A program made the position numbers and the translations under genes. DNA of 64,000 nucleotides from Candidatus Latescibacterota bacterium (GTDB lineage Bacteria > Latescibacterota > UBA2968), in contig OZ242010.1 in NCBI GenBank assembly GCA_965204745.1, forward strand, positions 128,001 to 192,000, read 5' to 3'. The notes under the pieces are model-generated. The model made no database searches. It worked only from the letters and a program-made list of their open reading frames with translations, and was not told the origin of the DNA. The first letter of the stretch is position 1. Every line of letters starts with the position of its first letter. Shown piece by piece: positions 24,992-34,559 of the stretch.

Positions 24992-27927
24992 TGACTACTT
25001 GCTATGCTCAACGTGACGATGAACTCAAGGGACGAGGAACCGCTCCCCTCGGTCACACTCGGAGAATCAATACTCAGCGTCGGCGGGTCATCATCATCGG
25101 TTAGCGTCAAATTCGCGTTGACCAAACTGCCCACGCCTTGATCGTTGCTTGCCACACCGGACACGGTCACGGCGCGATTAACCTCGTATTGACCGTTGTC
25201 CACCGCCGTGATCGCTACCGTGTCCGACGCGTTCGTCGTGTCCCCAGCCGCGATGGCAATCGTCGAATCCTGACCCACCGTGTAGGCACCGGTCACCGGG
25301 CGCACCGTGATCGTGGTCGCCTCACTCGACGGACGCGAGAGCGTCGCGCTCACCGTCGAAACACCGCCAGCCTCCGAGATGGACGAGGGCGACAGCATCA
25401 GCGTCACATCCGGCGCGGCGTCATCGTCTGTGATCGTCAGGGCCCCGGAAGCCATCGATGCCACATCGTCGCCTGCCACCGTGCCAGACACGCCTAAGCG
25501 CTTGTCCGGTGCATCGGTCGTGTTGTTCACCGCCGTGATGACCACCGTGTCCGACGCGTTCGTCGTGTCCCCAGCCGCAATGGTGATCGTCGAATCCTGA
25601 TCCACCGTGTAAGCACCGGTCACCGGCCGCACCGTGATTGTTGTCGCATCCCTCGATAGATGCGACAGCTTCGCGCTCACCGTCGCAACACCACCAGCCT
25701 CAGAAATCGACGTGGGCGACAGTGCCAATGTCACCGTCGGTTTATCCAGCGCGATGCCATTTGGCGTAGTCAATCCTGTGGTGATGAGGTCTTCGACATT
25801 CGAGCCATCGAGGTCGGCACGCAGAATCTTATCCGTGCTCCAGTCCGTCCAGTACATCTTTCCGCCCCCCACATCCAGCGCGATGTCAATTGGCGAACTC
25901 AATCCTGTGGTGATGAGGTCTTCGACATTGGAGCCATCGAGGTCGGCACGCTGAATCTTACCCGGGCTCTCTTCCGTCCAGTACATCTTGCCGCGTCCCA
26001 CATCCAGCGCGATGCCAACTGGCGTATTCAATCCTGTGGTGATGAGGTCTTCGACATTCGAGCCATCGAGGTCGGCACGCTGAATCTTATCCGTGCCATA
26101 GTCCGTCCAGTACATCTTTCCGCCCCCCACATCCAGCGCGATGCCATATGGTTCTCTCAATCCTGTGGTGATGAGGTCTTCGACATTGGAGCCATCGAGG
26201 TCGGCACGCTGAATCTTATCCGTGCCAGTGTCCATCCAGTACATCTTTCCGCCCCCCACATCCAGCGCGATGCCAGATGGATTCCTCAATCCTGATGCGC
26301 TGGTGATGAGGTCTTCGACATTGGAGCCATCGAGGTCGGCACGCTGAATCTTACGTGCGTCATAGTCCGTCCAGTACATCTTGCCGCGGCCCACATCCAG
26401 CGCGATGCCAACTGGCGTATTCAATCCTGTGGTGATGAGGTCTTCGACATTGGAGCCATCAATGTTGACACGCTGAATCTTATCCGTGCCATAGTCCGTC
26501 CAGTACATCTTGGGCGCGTCATCGTCTTCCAGCGTCAAAGCCGCACCGGTCACACGGCCCACGCCTTGATCGTTGCGTGCCACACCGGACACGGTCACGG
26601 CGCGAGTAACCTCGTATTGACCGTTGTCCACCGCCGTGATCGCTACCGTGTCCGACGCGTTCGTCGTGTCCCCAGCCGCGATGGTGATCGTCGAATCCGA
26701 CCCCACCGTGTAGGCATTGGCCACGGGGCGCACCGTGATCGTGGTCGCCTCACTCGACGGACGCGAGAGCACCGCGCTCACCGTCGAGACACCGCCAGCC
26801 TCCGAGATGGACGAGGGCGACAGCATCAGCGTCACGGTAGGCGAGGCGTCATCGTCCTCCAGCGTCAATGCCGCACCGAGCACACTGACCGTGTCATCGC
26901 TTGCCACACCGAACACGGTCACACGCTTACTCGGCGCATCGGTCGTGTTGTTCACCGCCGTGATGACCACCGTGTCCGACGCGTTCGTCGTGTCCCCAGC
27001 CGCAATGGTGATCGTCGAATCCGACCCCACCGTGTAAGCACCGGTCACCGGGCGCACCGTGATTGTTGTCGCCGCCGCCAACCGATGCGACAGCTTCGCG
27101 CTCACCGTCGCAACACCACCAGCCTCAGAAATCGACGTGGGCGACAGTGCCAATGTCACCGTCGGTTTATCCAGCGCGATGCCAAATGGCGTAGTCAATC
27201 CTGTGGTGATGAGGTCTTCGACATTGGAGCCATCGAGGTCGGCACGCTGAATCTTATCCGTGAGCTGGTCCACCCAGTACATCTTTCCGCCCCCCACATC
27301 CAGTGCGATGCCCTGTGGCCTCCTCAATCCTGATGCTCTGGTGATGAGGTCTTCGACATTGGAGCCATCGAGGTCGGCACGCTGAATCTTACCCGGGCTC
27401 TCTTCCGTCCAGTACATCTTTCCGCCCCCCACATCCAGCGCGATGCCAACTGGAAAACTCAATCCTGTGGTGATGAGGTCTTCGACATTGGAGCCATCGA
27501 GGTCGGCACGCTGAATCTTAAACGTGTTGCTGTCTGTCCAGTACATCTTTCCGCCCCCCACATCCAGCGCGATGTGTGGCGTAATCAATCCTCTGATGAG
27601 GTCTTCGACATTGGAGCCATCGAGGTCGGCACGCCGAATACGACCTCCGAGAAGGTCCGTCCAGTACATCTTTCCGCCCCCCACATCCAGCGCGAGGCCC
27701 CGTGGATTCGTCAATCCTGTGGTGATGAGGTCTTCGACATTGGAGCCATCCAAGTTGGCACGCTGAATCTTATCCGTGCCATAGTCCGTCCAGTACATCT
27801 TGAGCGTGTCGCCCCCGCTGCTCACCAGTGGTGTCGTCTGCGCTGTCGCGGGGGCGATCAGCAAGGGCATGACCAACACGGCGATCCATGTTGGAAGGGA
27901 CAGAAAACGGGGATAATGGGATGTCAT
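24961..27927 (-). pseudogene. Secreted YWTD (LDL-receptor class B) beta-propeller / Calx-beta-like surface protein, 3'-truncated by IS982
   Basis: Signal peptide; 5 + 6 KMYW(T)D...GIALD repeats, each block followed by two Thr/Val-rich Ig-like domains. A final Calx-beta domain (PTLSIDSPSVTEG...LSIASSQQ) runs into the IS end, which supplies CELRVESE*. Confidence 0.8.
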
Positions 27928-27968
27928 TTTATTTTTCTCTCGGGGAAGGGAATCGCGTTATTATTTGG

Positions 27969-28061
27969 CAAGTGGTAAAATAACGATGGGGTCGATGGTC
28001 AGTCAAGCAATAAGGACAGGCACAGGGGCCTGTCCCTACGGATGATGAGGCGGGGGATGCG
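27969..28061. repeat. 93-bp direct repeat copy A (contains a GTAG-REP and a promoter-like sequence)
   Basis: About 7 mismatches to 29456-29548. Contains ggacaggcacaggggcctgtccctac and minus-strand TTGACT-N18-TATTTT. Confidence 0.85.
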
Positions 28062-28062
28062 A

Positions 28063-28360
28063 GGGGGACCTACCCCCTGGCCCCCTTCCTGCGAGGAAGG
28101 GGGAATGGCGAGAGGTTGTGCGAGGGATTGTGTGTAAGGGTTTTTGGATTTGCATGGCGTGATCCATTCGCCCAAAGCCATCAAAACAGCCAGGGATGCA
28201 AACCTTTAAGAAAGCCATGCGCTCCCCCTTTCCTCGTAGGCACAGGCGTAACCTACAATGAGCGAAGCGAATAACGGGGGCCGGGGGGATAGGTCCTGCG
28301 GTTGGGCGGTGTGGGGTAATCCGCGCAATCCCCTAATCCGTTTAATCCGCGATTCAGACA
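28063..28360. repeat. ~300-bp composite intergenic element shared with 55520-55925
   Basis: gggacctaccccctggccc...ggaagggggaatggcga...catggcgtgat.cattcgc.caaagccatcaaaacagc...caggcgta.cctacaatgagcgaagcgaataacggggg at both sites; parts recur at 62874-63170. Confidence 0.8.
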
Positions 28361-28402
28361 CGGCCGGGTGGCGCGGTTGGGTCGTGGGTAATCAAAATCG
28401 CG

Positions 28403-28741
28403 TCACGCCTCCGCATCCAATGCGCGCTGAAATTCACCCAGATCCGCGACTTGCACTGCCGAGCGATGCAACTGCTTGAGGCGTTGCAAATCTTCGATGG
28501 TCCGAAGGCGACCTGCGACCTGATCGGCCACGGCAGGATCAAAGCGAATCTCCAGCACGTCGAGAATCGCGTCCATGGTATGTTCCCTACCCCCTCGCTC
28601 GATACCCTGCTCAATGCCCTGCTCGATGCCCTGCTCGATGCCCTGCTCGATGCCCTGCTCAATGCCCTGCTCAATAAACTGTTCCTTGAAGTGCTCCTTG
28701 AGGTATTGGGCAAACGATGATTCACGCATAATCGCGTCCAT
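28403..28741 (-). CDS. Putative internally initiated small Rpn C-terminal product (RpnS-like antitoxin)
   Basis: In-frame ATG (MDAIMRESS) 5 nt after AGGAGG (28747-28752); conserved in the second copy. Confidence 0.55.
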   Translation of the reverse strand: MDAIMRESSFAQYLKEHFKEQFIEQGIEQGIEQGIEQGIEQGIEQGIERGGREHTMDAILDVLEIRFDPAVADQVAGRLRTIEDLQRLKQLHRSAVQVADLGEFQRALDAEA

Positions 28742-29380
28742 AAAACCCTCCTGAGAAAGAATTCGGTTGATGGTGGTCGGCTCATAAGCCAAACCACTCA
28801 TGACCGCCAAGCCACCCAAAAAGTCGATCTTGCTTGAATGATCCAAGGGCATCACATCGGTCTTGCGGATACACTGACGCAACCATGCCTCTGAATCCAC
28901 CCCCACAGGAGGTCTCATCAACGGCGCGAAGGGAAGCAAGCCCGCCTGACCCCCTTCAAGAATGCTTTGCCCATCCATCTCACTCAGCCGAATCACCTTG
29001 TATTCCACATAGATGAAATGGCCGGGAAGTTCTTGCGTGTAGCATCCTGGATCGTGCCGCCCGGCATTGCGCCGCAAGTAGATCACACAGGAATAGACCG
29101 GCAGGCCATACTGCGCGATAATGTAACCCATGTAATTGATCATGCGGCGATTCATCGGGGTGCCCGTGCTGTCGGCGGTTTGAAATTCCGTGTGAACCAA
29201 GGCCTCCTGACCGCCAATCCGCACGCGAATCAGATTATCGCTCCGGCGCATTTCAACGGTGGGTTGTTCGGTTTCGAGCAGACCGTCAACTTCCACGTCA
29301 ACTCGTCCGAGAATGAATTGGACGAGGTCGTCTGGATAGTTTTGAATCAGGTGTTTGGAAATTGTATCGTACTCGGCCAT
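28403..29380 (-). CDS. Rpn-family (YhgA-like, PD-(D/E)XK) nuclease with GIEQ repeats
   Basis: MAEYDTISKHL...RRSDNL...HTEFQT...RMINY...PVYSCVIYL...YKVIRL, (GIEQ)5, DUF4351-like tail. GGAGGA RBS. Confidence 0.85.
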   Translation of the reverse strand: MAEYDTISKHLIQNYPDDLVQFILGRVDVEVDGLLETEQPTVEMRRSDNLIRVRIGGQEALVHTEFQTADSTGTPMNRRMINYMGYIIAQYGLPVYSCVIYLRRNAGRHDPGCYTQELPGHFIYVEYKVIRLSEMDGQSILEGGQAGLLPFAPLMRPPVGVDSEAWLRQCIRKTDVMPLDHSSKIDFLGGLAVMSGLAYEPTTINRILSQEGFMDAIMRESSFAQYLKEHFKEQFIEQGIEQGIEQGIEQGIEQGIEQGIERGGREHTMDAILDVLEIRFDPAVADQVAGRLRTIEDLQRLKQLHRSAVQVADLGEFQRALDAEA

Positions 29381-29455
29381 GTGAATCCTCCGAAATAAAA
29401 TCATACCCATTCGATTTCAAAGCGAAAAAAAATAAAGAATCACGCTATTGTTTGT

Positions 29456-29548
29456 CAAGCGGTAAAATGACGATGGGATCGGTGGTCAGTCAAGCGAGAA
29501 GGACAGGCAAAGGGGCCTGTCCCTACGGATGATGAGGCGGGGGATGCG
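29456..29548. repeat. 93-bp direct repeat copy B
   Basis: Near-identical to 27969-28061. Confidence 0.85.
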
Positions 29549-29789
29549 GAGGACACAGCGGAGTGGAACGATGAAGCGGCGGTAGGGTGGTGGGTGGATC
29601 TCGCCTCTTACTTCTTGCCTCTTACTTGGGGATAGGGCTTGCGGTTGGGCGGATGGGCGAGCACGGAGGCATCGCCCAAAAAGGTGAGAGGTGAGAGGCA
29701 AGACGGGAGAAGACCTACACTCACTGCTCGCCTTTGGACTGGCTACCGCCAGTTGTATCCCGCTCGTGGTGAAACGCCTATCTTCCCAC

Positions 29790-30791
29790 TTACAGCTTCT
29801 CCTCCAGCAATTGATCGATGAGGTCCGCGGTGGTGATGCCTTCGGCTTCGGCGTTGAAACTCGTGACCAAGCGGTGGCGCAACACGGGTTTGGCGACGAA
29901 GGATACGTCTTCAATTGAAGGGGCAAAGCGACCGCTGAGCACGGCACGCGCTTTGGCGCCTAGGATCAGACACTGTGACGCGCGCGGCCCTGCGCCCCAG
30001 CGGAGCATGGGTGCGATAGAGGTGTTTGCGTCCCTGTGGGTTTGTGGTCGGGTTTTGCGGACGAGGCGCACCGCGTGCTCTACGATGTGATCTGCGACCG
30101 GCACTTTGCGGATGAGGTGCTGGAGGTTGCGAATCTGATCCGCATCGAGCACCGGGTTGATGGCGTGGGTTTGCGCGCCTGTGGTGGCTTTGACAATGGC
30201 GCGTTCCTCTTCTTCGGTGGGATAGTCGATCCACAAGTTAAAAATGAACCGGTCGAGTTGGGCTTCGGGCAGGGGATACGTGCCTTCTTGTTCAATGGGA
30301 TTTTGCGTTGCCAAGACAAAGAACGGTTCTTCGAGGCGAAAGGTCCCGCCCCCGGCCGTGACTTCGTGTTCTTGCATGGCCTGCAACAAAGCGGCTTGCG
30401 TTTTGGGCGGGGTGCGATTGATCTCGTCTGCCAAGATGATGTTGGCAAACAACGGGCCTTTGACAAAGCGAAATGTTTTGTGGCCCGTGGCGTGATCTTC
30501 TTCGAGGACTTCGGTGCCCGTGATGTCGGACGGCATCAGGTCGGGGGTGAACTGGATGCGGCTAAACGACAAGTCCAGGGCGCGGGCAAGGGTGCTGATG
30601 AGCAGGGTCTTTGCCAACCCCGGCACGCCGACGAGCAAGCAATGCCCCCCGCAGAGCAGGGCGATGAGGAGTTGATCGACGATGTCCCGCTGTCCGATGA
30701 TCACTTTGCCAATTTCAGCGGTGATCTGGTCGCAGGCGGTTTTCAGGTGTTCAACGGTTTGGAGATCGTTATCAGGTGTTGCGTCTAACAT
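29790..30791 (-). CDS. MoxR-family AAA+ ATPase
   Basis: [59 protein letters not shown]. Confidence 0.95.
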   Translation of the reverse strand: MLDATPDNDLQTVEHLKTACDQITAEIGKVIIGQRDIVDQLLIALLCGGHCLLVGVPGLAKTLLISTLARALDLSFSRIQFTPDLMPSDITGTEVLEEDHATGHKTFRFVKGPLFANIILADEINRTPPKTQAALLQAMQEHEVTAGGGTFRLEEPFFVLATQNPIEQEGTYPLPEAQLDRFIFNLWIDYPTEEEERAIVKATTGAQTHAINPVLDADQIRNLQHLIRKVPVADHIVEHAVRLVRKTRPQTHRDANTSIAPMLRWGAGPRASQCLILGAKARAVLSGRFAPSIEDVSFVAKPVLRHRLVTSFNAEAEGITTADLIDQLLEEKL

Positions 30792-30903
30792 GGCGTGTCC
30801 TCAAGTGCGTGTCCATCCTCGCTTCCACCCCGCCGTGTGCGTTATCCCGGCCCATATTCCCCGACCTCTTGCCTCTCACGTCTTGCCTTTCACGTCTTGC
30901 CTC

Positions 30904-32610
30904 TCACGTCTTCTGCTTCTCCTTTTTCGCAGCGGGGAAGAGGATGTTGTTGAGGATGAGGCGGTAGCCCGGGGAATTTTTGTGCAGGGCGAGTTGCGTG
31001 GGGGGGTCGTTGACGAAGTGTTGGTAGTCCTCTGGGTCGTGGCCCGCGTAAAATGTGAACGTGCCCCGGCCGATGTTGCCGTGGATGTATTTGACGTGGT
31101 TCGTGCCGGGGATGTCGCCCATGATGGTCACGGATTTTTTGATGCGGTCTTTGCGGAACGCCGTTGTTTGTCCCAAAAACCCGGGTACGATGGGCGTGTG
31201 GTTTTGCGTGAGCATCGTGGGCACGGGATCGTATTTGGCGGAAAATTCAAACAGGGAAAAAGCGTGCAGGTCCGCATCTTTGATCTGGCTCATTTCCGTG
31301 GGCGACAGGTCGATGTCCGCGTGTTCGTATTCCATCGGGTCCAGCACCAGATTGAAGTTTTCAAAGGCCACTGTGCGCGAAAAGTCGAGTTTTTGTTGCG
31401 ACATGGGATCCGCGGGGTCCCCGTCATAAACGCCATCGACAATATCGACCCCGCGGGCCGCGAGGGCAATGTCAAAGGTATCGGTTGCCGAGCACATGGC
31501 AAAGATAAATCCGCCCTGCGTCATGTAGTTGTGAATGGCCCGTGCAACCGCGCCCTTGAGTTGCGAAACTTTGGCAAAGCCCAATTTGTGCGCGAGGGCC
31601 TCAAACTCGGCCTGTTGCCGCCGATACCAGAGTTGGCGGCCGTGGCTGCGATAGAATTTGCCGTATTGCCCGGTGAAGTCTTCGTGGTGCAGGTGCAGCC
31701 AGTCGTAGTCCTCGAGTTGACCCGATAGCACTTCCTCGTCCCACAACGTGGTGTAGGGGATTTCCGCGTACGTGAGGGCCAAGGTCACGGCGTCGTCCCA
31801 CGGCTGTTTGTGCGGCGGGGTATAGACCGCGATGCGCGGTGCTTTTTCGAGGTGCATGCGGTTCATGTTGGCGGATTCGATGTCCGCGTAGATGCGCGTG
31901 GCCTGCGCTGCGGAGATGGCCTGAAAAGATACGGCGCGGATTCGGGCTTCGCGCACAATGGTCTCGTGGAAGTCCATGAGAAAAGCCCCGCCCCGATAAT
32001 TGAGCAACCATTCCACGGGATGGCCCTCTTGCAAGGCCCAAAACGCAATGCCGTAGGCTTTGAGGTGATCGGTTTGCGTCACATCCATCGGGATGAGCAC
32101 CTTGCCGACATTGACCTGCCCCCCACCAATCGCCGCCGTGCAAACAGAGGATAGGGTCAAGATGAGGAAGAGGGAAGAGGCAAGAGGTGAGAGGGAAGAG
32201 GCAAGAGGTGAGAGGGAAGAGGAGAGACGGGAGAGGGAAGAGGCAAGTTTAGCCACGAGCGGGGTACAACTGGGCGACAGCCAGTTCAAAGGCACAAAAG
32301 GCACAAAAGCCACAAGCGGGGTACAACTGGGCGACAGCCAGTTCAAAGGCGAGCAGGGTGGGTAGGGGCGATGCCCTCGCGCTCGACCAAAGATACGAGA
32401 GGGAAGACGGGAGTTTAGCCACAACAGGCACAAAAGGCACAAGAGGCGAGCAGGGTGGGTAGGGGCGATGCCCCCGTGCTCGCCCAAAGATACGAGATGG
32501 GAAAGGCGAGACATCCGCCCACCGTCACTCCGGCGAAAGCCAGAATCCAGTGATTTTTTGATTTTTCGCCGTGTCCGTCCGTCTTTGTGGGTGGTTATCT
32601 GTGATTGCAT
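30904..32610 (-). CDS. Conserved secreted class-I glutamine-amidotransferase-like protein (often labelled 'asparagine synthetase B' in FCB genomes); 5' ~440 nt built from repeats
   Basis: Core LIPMD..QTDHLKAYG..YRGG..PWDDAVTLALTYAEIPY..WLHLHHEDFTGQYGKF..FAMCSATD..GHDPEDYQH..SPGYRLILNNILFPAA. GGAGG RBS before ATG 32610. True start uncertain. Confidence 0.75.
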   Translation of the reverse strand: MQSQITTHKDGRTRRKIKKSLDSGFRRSDGGRMSRLSHLVSLGEHGGIAPTHPARLLCLLCLLWLNSRLPSRIFGRARGHRPYPPCSPLNWLSPSCTPLVAFVPFVPLNWLSPSCTPLVAKLASSLSRLSSSLSPLASSLSPLASSLFLILTLSSVCTAAIGGGQVNVGKVLIPMDVTQTDHLKAYGIAFWALQEGHPVEWLLNYRGGAFLMDFHETIVREARIRAVSFQAISAAQATRIYADIESANMNRMHLEKAPRIAVYTPPHKQPWDDAVTLALTYAEIPYTTLWDEEVLSGQLEDYDWLHLHHEDFTGQYGKFYRSHGRQLWYRRQQAEFEALAHKLGFAKVSQLKGAVARAIHNYMTQGGFIFAMCSATDTFDIALAARGVDIVDGVYDGDPADPMSQQKLDFSRTVAFENFNLVLDPMEYEHADIDLSPTEMSQIKDADLHAFSLFEFSAKYDPVPTMLTQNHTPIVPGFLGQTTAFRKDRIKKSVTIMGDIPGTNHVKYIHGNIGRGTFTFYAGHDPEDYQHFVNDPPTQLALHKNSPGYRLILNNILFPAAKKEKQKT

Positions 32611-32686
32611 TCTTGGGCCTCCGTGTCATTATGGATCGCGGATTTTCGCGGATTAGGGGATTGCGCGGATTACCTCCCCCAACCCC

Positions 32687-32798
32687 TCTTGCTTCTCACG
32701 TCTTGCTTCTCACGTCTTGCCTCTCACGTCTTGCTTCTCACGTCTTGCCTCTCACGTCTTGCTTCTCACGTCTTGCTTCTCACGTCTTGCTTCTCACG
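32687..32798. repeat. (TCTTGC[T/C]TCTCACG)x8 14-mer array
   Basis: Read directly; the last unit supplies the NFACT stop codon. Related units at about 30867-30912 and 56085-56120. Confidence 0.95.
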
Positions 32799-34524
32799 CC
32801 TTTTGATTCGCATCTTCGCGCGTGAGTTCGCGGGGGGCGACCATCAGGGTTTTTTCATTGCGGATTGTGACCAAACCCGGGCGCGCGCCTCGGGGCTTTT
32901 GCACATAGCGCACTTCCGTGTGGTTGACCGGCACGCTCTTGGCCCCGCGCGCTTTGCTCCAGTACGCGGCGAGTGCGGCGGCTTCTTTCAGGGTCTTGCG
33001 AGAGGGGCGGTCCGCTCTGCCATCGCGCTTGAGGATGACGTGCGAGCCCGGGCATCCGTGAACGTGCAGGAAAATGTCGTCTCGTGCCGAGCGTTTGGTC
33101 AACCGGTCGTTTTCCGCATTGTTCCGCCCCACGAGCACGCGCCAGCCATCTCGCGTGCGATACCGCCTGGGGTGAATGTCCCCAGGCTGGCGTTTGGACT
33201 GGGCGGGCGGTCTCTTTTTTGGTTTTCTGATTAGGCGGGCGTCTTCCAATTCCCGGCGCAGGGAGTCGAGTTCATCTTCGGATTGCACGGCATTGAACCG
33301 GTCGAGGTAATGCTGGATTTTGTCCTTCTCCTGTCGGGCGATCTCGAGGCGTTTGCCGAGGATGGGCGCGCCTGTTCGCGCTTTTCGCGCCCGTTTGAGA
33401 TAGTCGCTGGCATTTTCTGAGGGCGTGCGCCGCGGGTTGAGGGGAATGACCATCTCTGCGCTAGCCGGGTCGAACAAGTCGGGCAGGGTGATGGCTTCGA
33501 CATAGAGGGGGATTTGCGCGAGGTGGCACATCAGCAAGTTGCCCATTCTTTCGTACTGATCCGCGCGGCCCGCGTCGGTTATGTCCTCGCGGATGCGGGT
33601 GATTTTGCGCTCTGTGGTGGTCAGGCGGTTTTGCAGGTCTTTTGCCAAATTCTTCTGCTGCCCTTGACGCGCTTCTGCCTGCACTTCTCTCGCAGCGACA
33701 TCCGCGATGGCTCGGCTCAAGGTTGAATACGTCTGCTCGGCCTGCGTGTGTTGAAGGGACAGGGCGCATACCGCGTCCCGATTGTCCATGTCGCGCACGC
33801 GCATGCCCCCGGCGCAAAAGGGCGGCGTTTTGAAAAAGGTGCTAATGGTTTGGGCAAACGCGCCGAGGTCGTCGGGCAAGAGCGGCTGTTTGTCCATCAG
33901 TCCGGCGAGATGGAGCACTTCGCAAGCCGATACCGGGTCGATCCCTGCGATGCGTTGTACCAGCGCGTTGGCGCGGGCGTCTTCGGGGCAATCGGTCAAA
34001 AAGGTGAGGGATTGCGCGGTCAGGGTTTCGGGCGGGCGGCGGTCGAGCGCGGGCGGCGGCTGATAGGTCGTCCCCGGGTAGATGGCCCGCACGCGATTTT
34101 GGCGCGCGCGCGTGGATCGCAATGCCCCGAGGATTTTGTTCGTCTCGGCGTGAACGAGAATGACATTGGCATATCGCCCGATCAATTCCACGACAATGCG
34201 GCAATCCATGGCCGTGCCAATGCGGTCGCGTTTGCGCGCGATGAGATGCACAACGCGCTCGTGGGCAACATGTTCAATGCCGATAATTCCCCCACCGCGC
34301 AAATACCGATCCGCCCAGGGCAGTTGCACGCGCCGCGCAGGCGGTTGGGCAAATACCACGCAACTCCTGTTCGGATGCGCGGACAACAAGAGATGCCCGG
34401 CATCGCCCAAGTTCAAATACAGATCGCGCTGATCCACCAAAAAGACATCGCGTATCAAACGATAGTCAATTTGCGGTCGCAACTCATCGCACAACCTGCG
34501 AAGTGTGAGGGGGCTGAGGGTCAT
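32794..34524 (-). CDS. rqcH: NFACT-family ribosome quality-control protein (RqcH/FbpA)
   Basis: VELIGRYANVILV, coiled coil, IPLNPRRTPSENA..Y, NFACT-R domain VGRNNAENDRL...FLHVHGCPGSHV...AAALAAYWSKA...YVQKPRGARPG. Confidence 0.88.
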   Translation of the reverse strand: MTLSPLTLRRLCDELRPQIDYRLIRDVFLVDQRDLYLNLGDAGHLLLSAHPNRSCVVFAQPPARRVQLPWADRYLRGGGIIGIEHVAHERVVHLIARKRDRIGTAMDCRIVVELIGRYANVILVHAETNKILGALRSTRARQNRVRAIYPGTTYQPPPALDRRPPETLTAQSLTFLTDCPEDARANALVQRIAGIDPVSACEVLHLAGLMDKQPLLPDDLGAFAQTISTFFKTPPFCAGGMRVRDMDNRDAVCALSLQHTQAEQTYSTLSRAIADVAAREVQAEARQGQQKNLAKDLQNRLTTTERKITRIREDITDAGRADQYERMGNLLMCHLAQIPLYVEAITLPDLFDPASAEMVIPLNPRRTPSENASDYLKRARKARTGAPILGKRLEIARQEKDKIQHYLDRFNAVQSEDELDSLRRELEDARLIRKPKKRPPAQSKRQPGDIHPRRYRTRDGWRVLVGRNNAENDRLTKRSARDDIFLHVHGCPGSHVILKRDGRADRPSRKTLKEAAALAAYWSKARGAKSVPVNHTEVRYVQKPRGARPGLVTIRNEKTLMVAPRELTREDANQKA

Positions 34525-34559
34525 AAGCGGTAAGACGGGAGAGGTAAGAAGTGAGAGGG

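Noticed and set aside
25740-27805. YWTD or GLUG variability as a diversity-generating retroelement target
   Set aside because: No reverse transcriptase or template repeat in the window. Differences are not confined to adenine positions and include indels.
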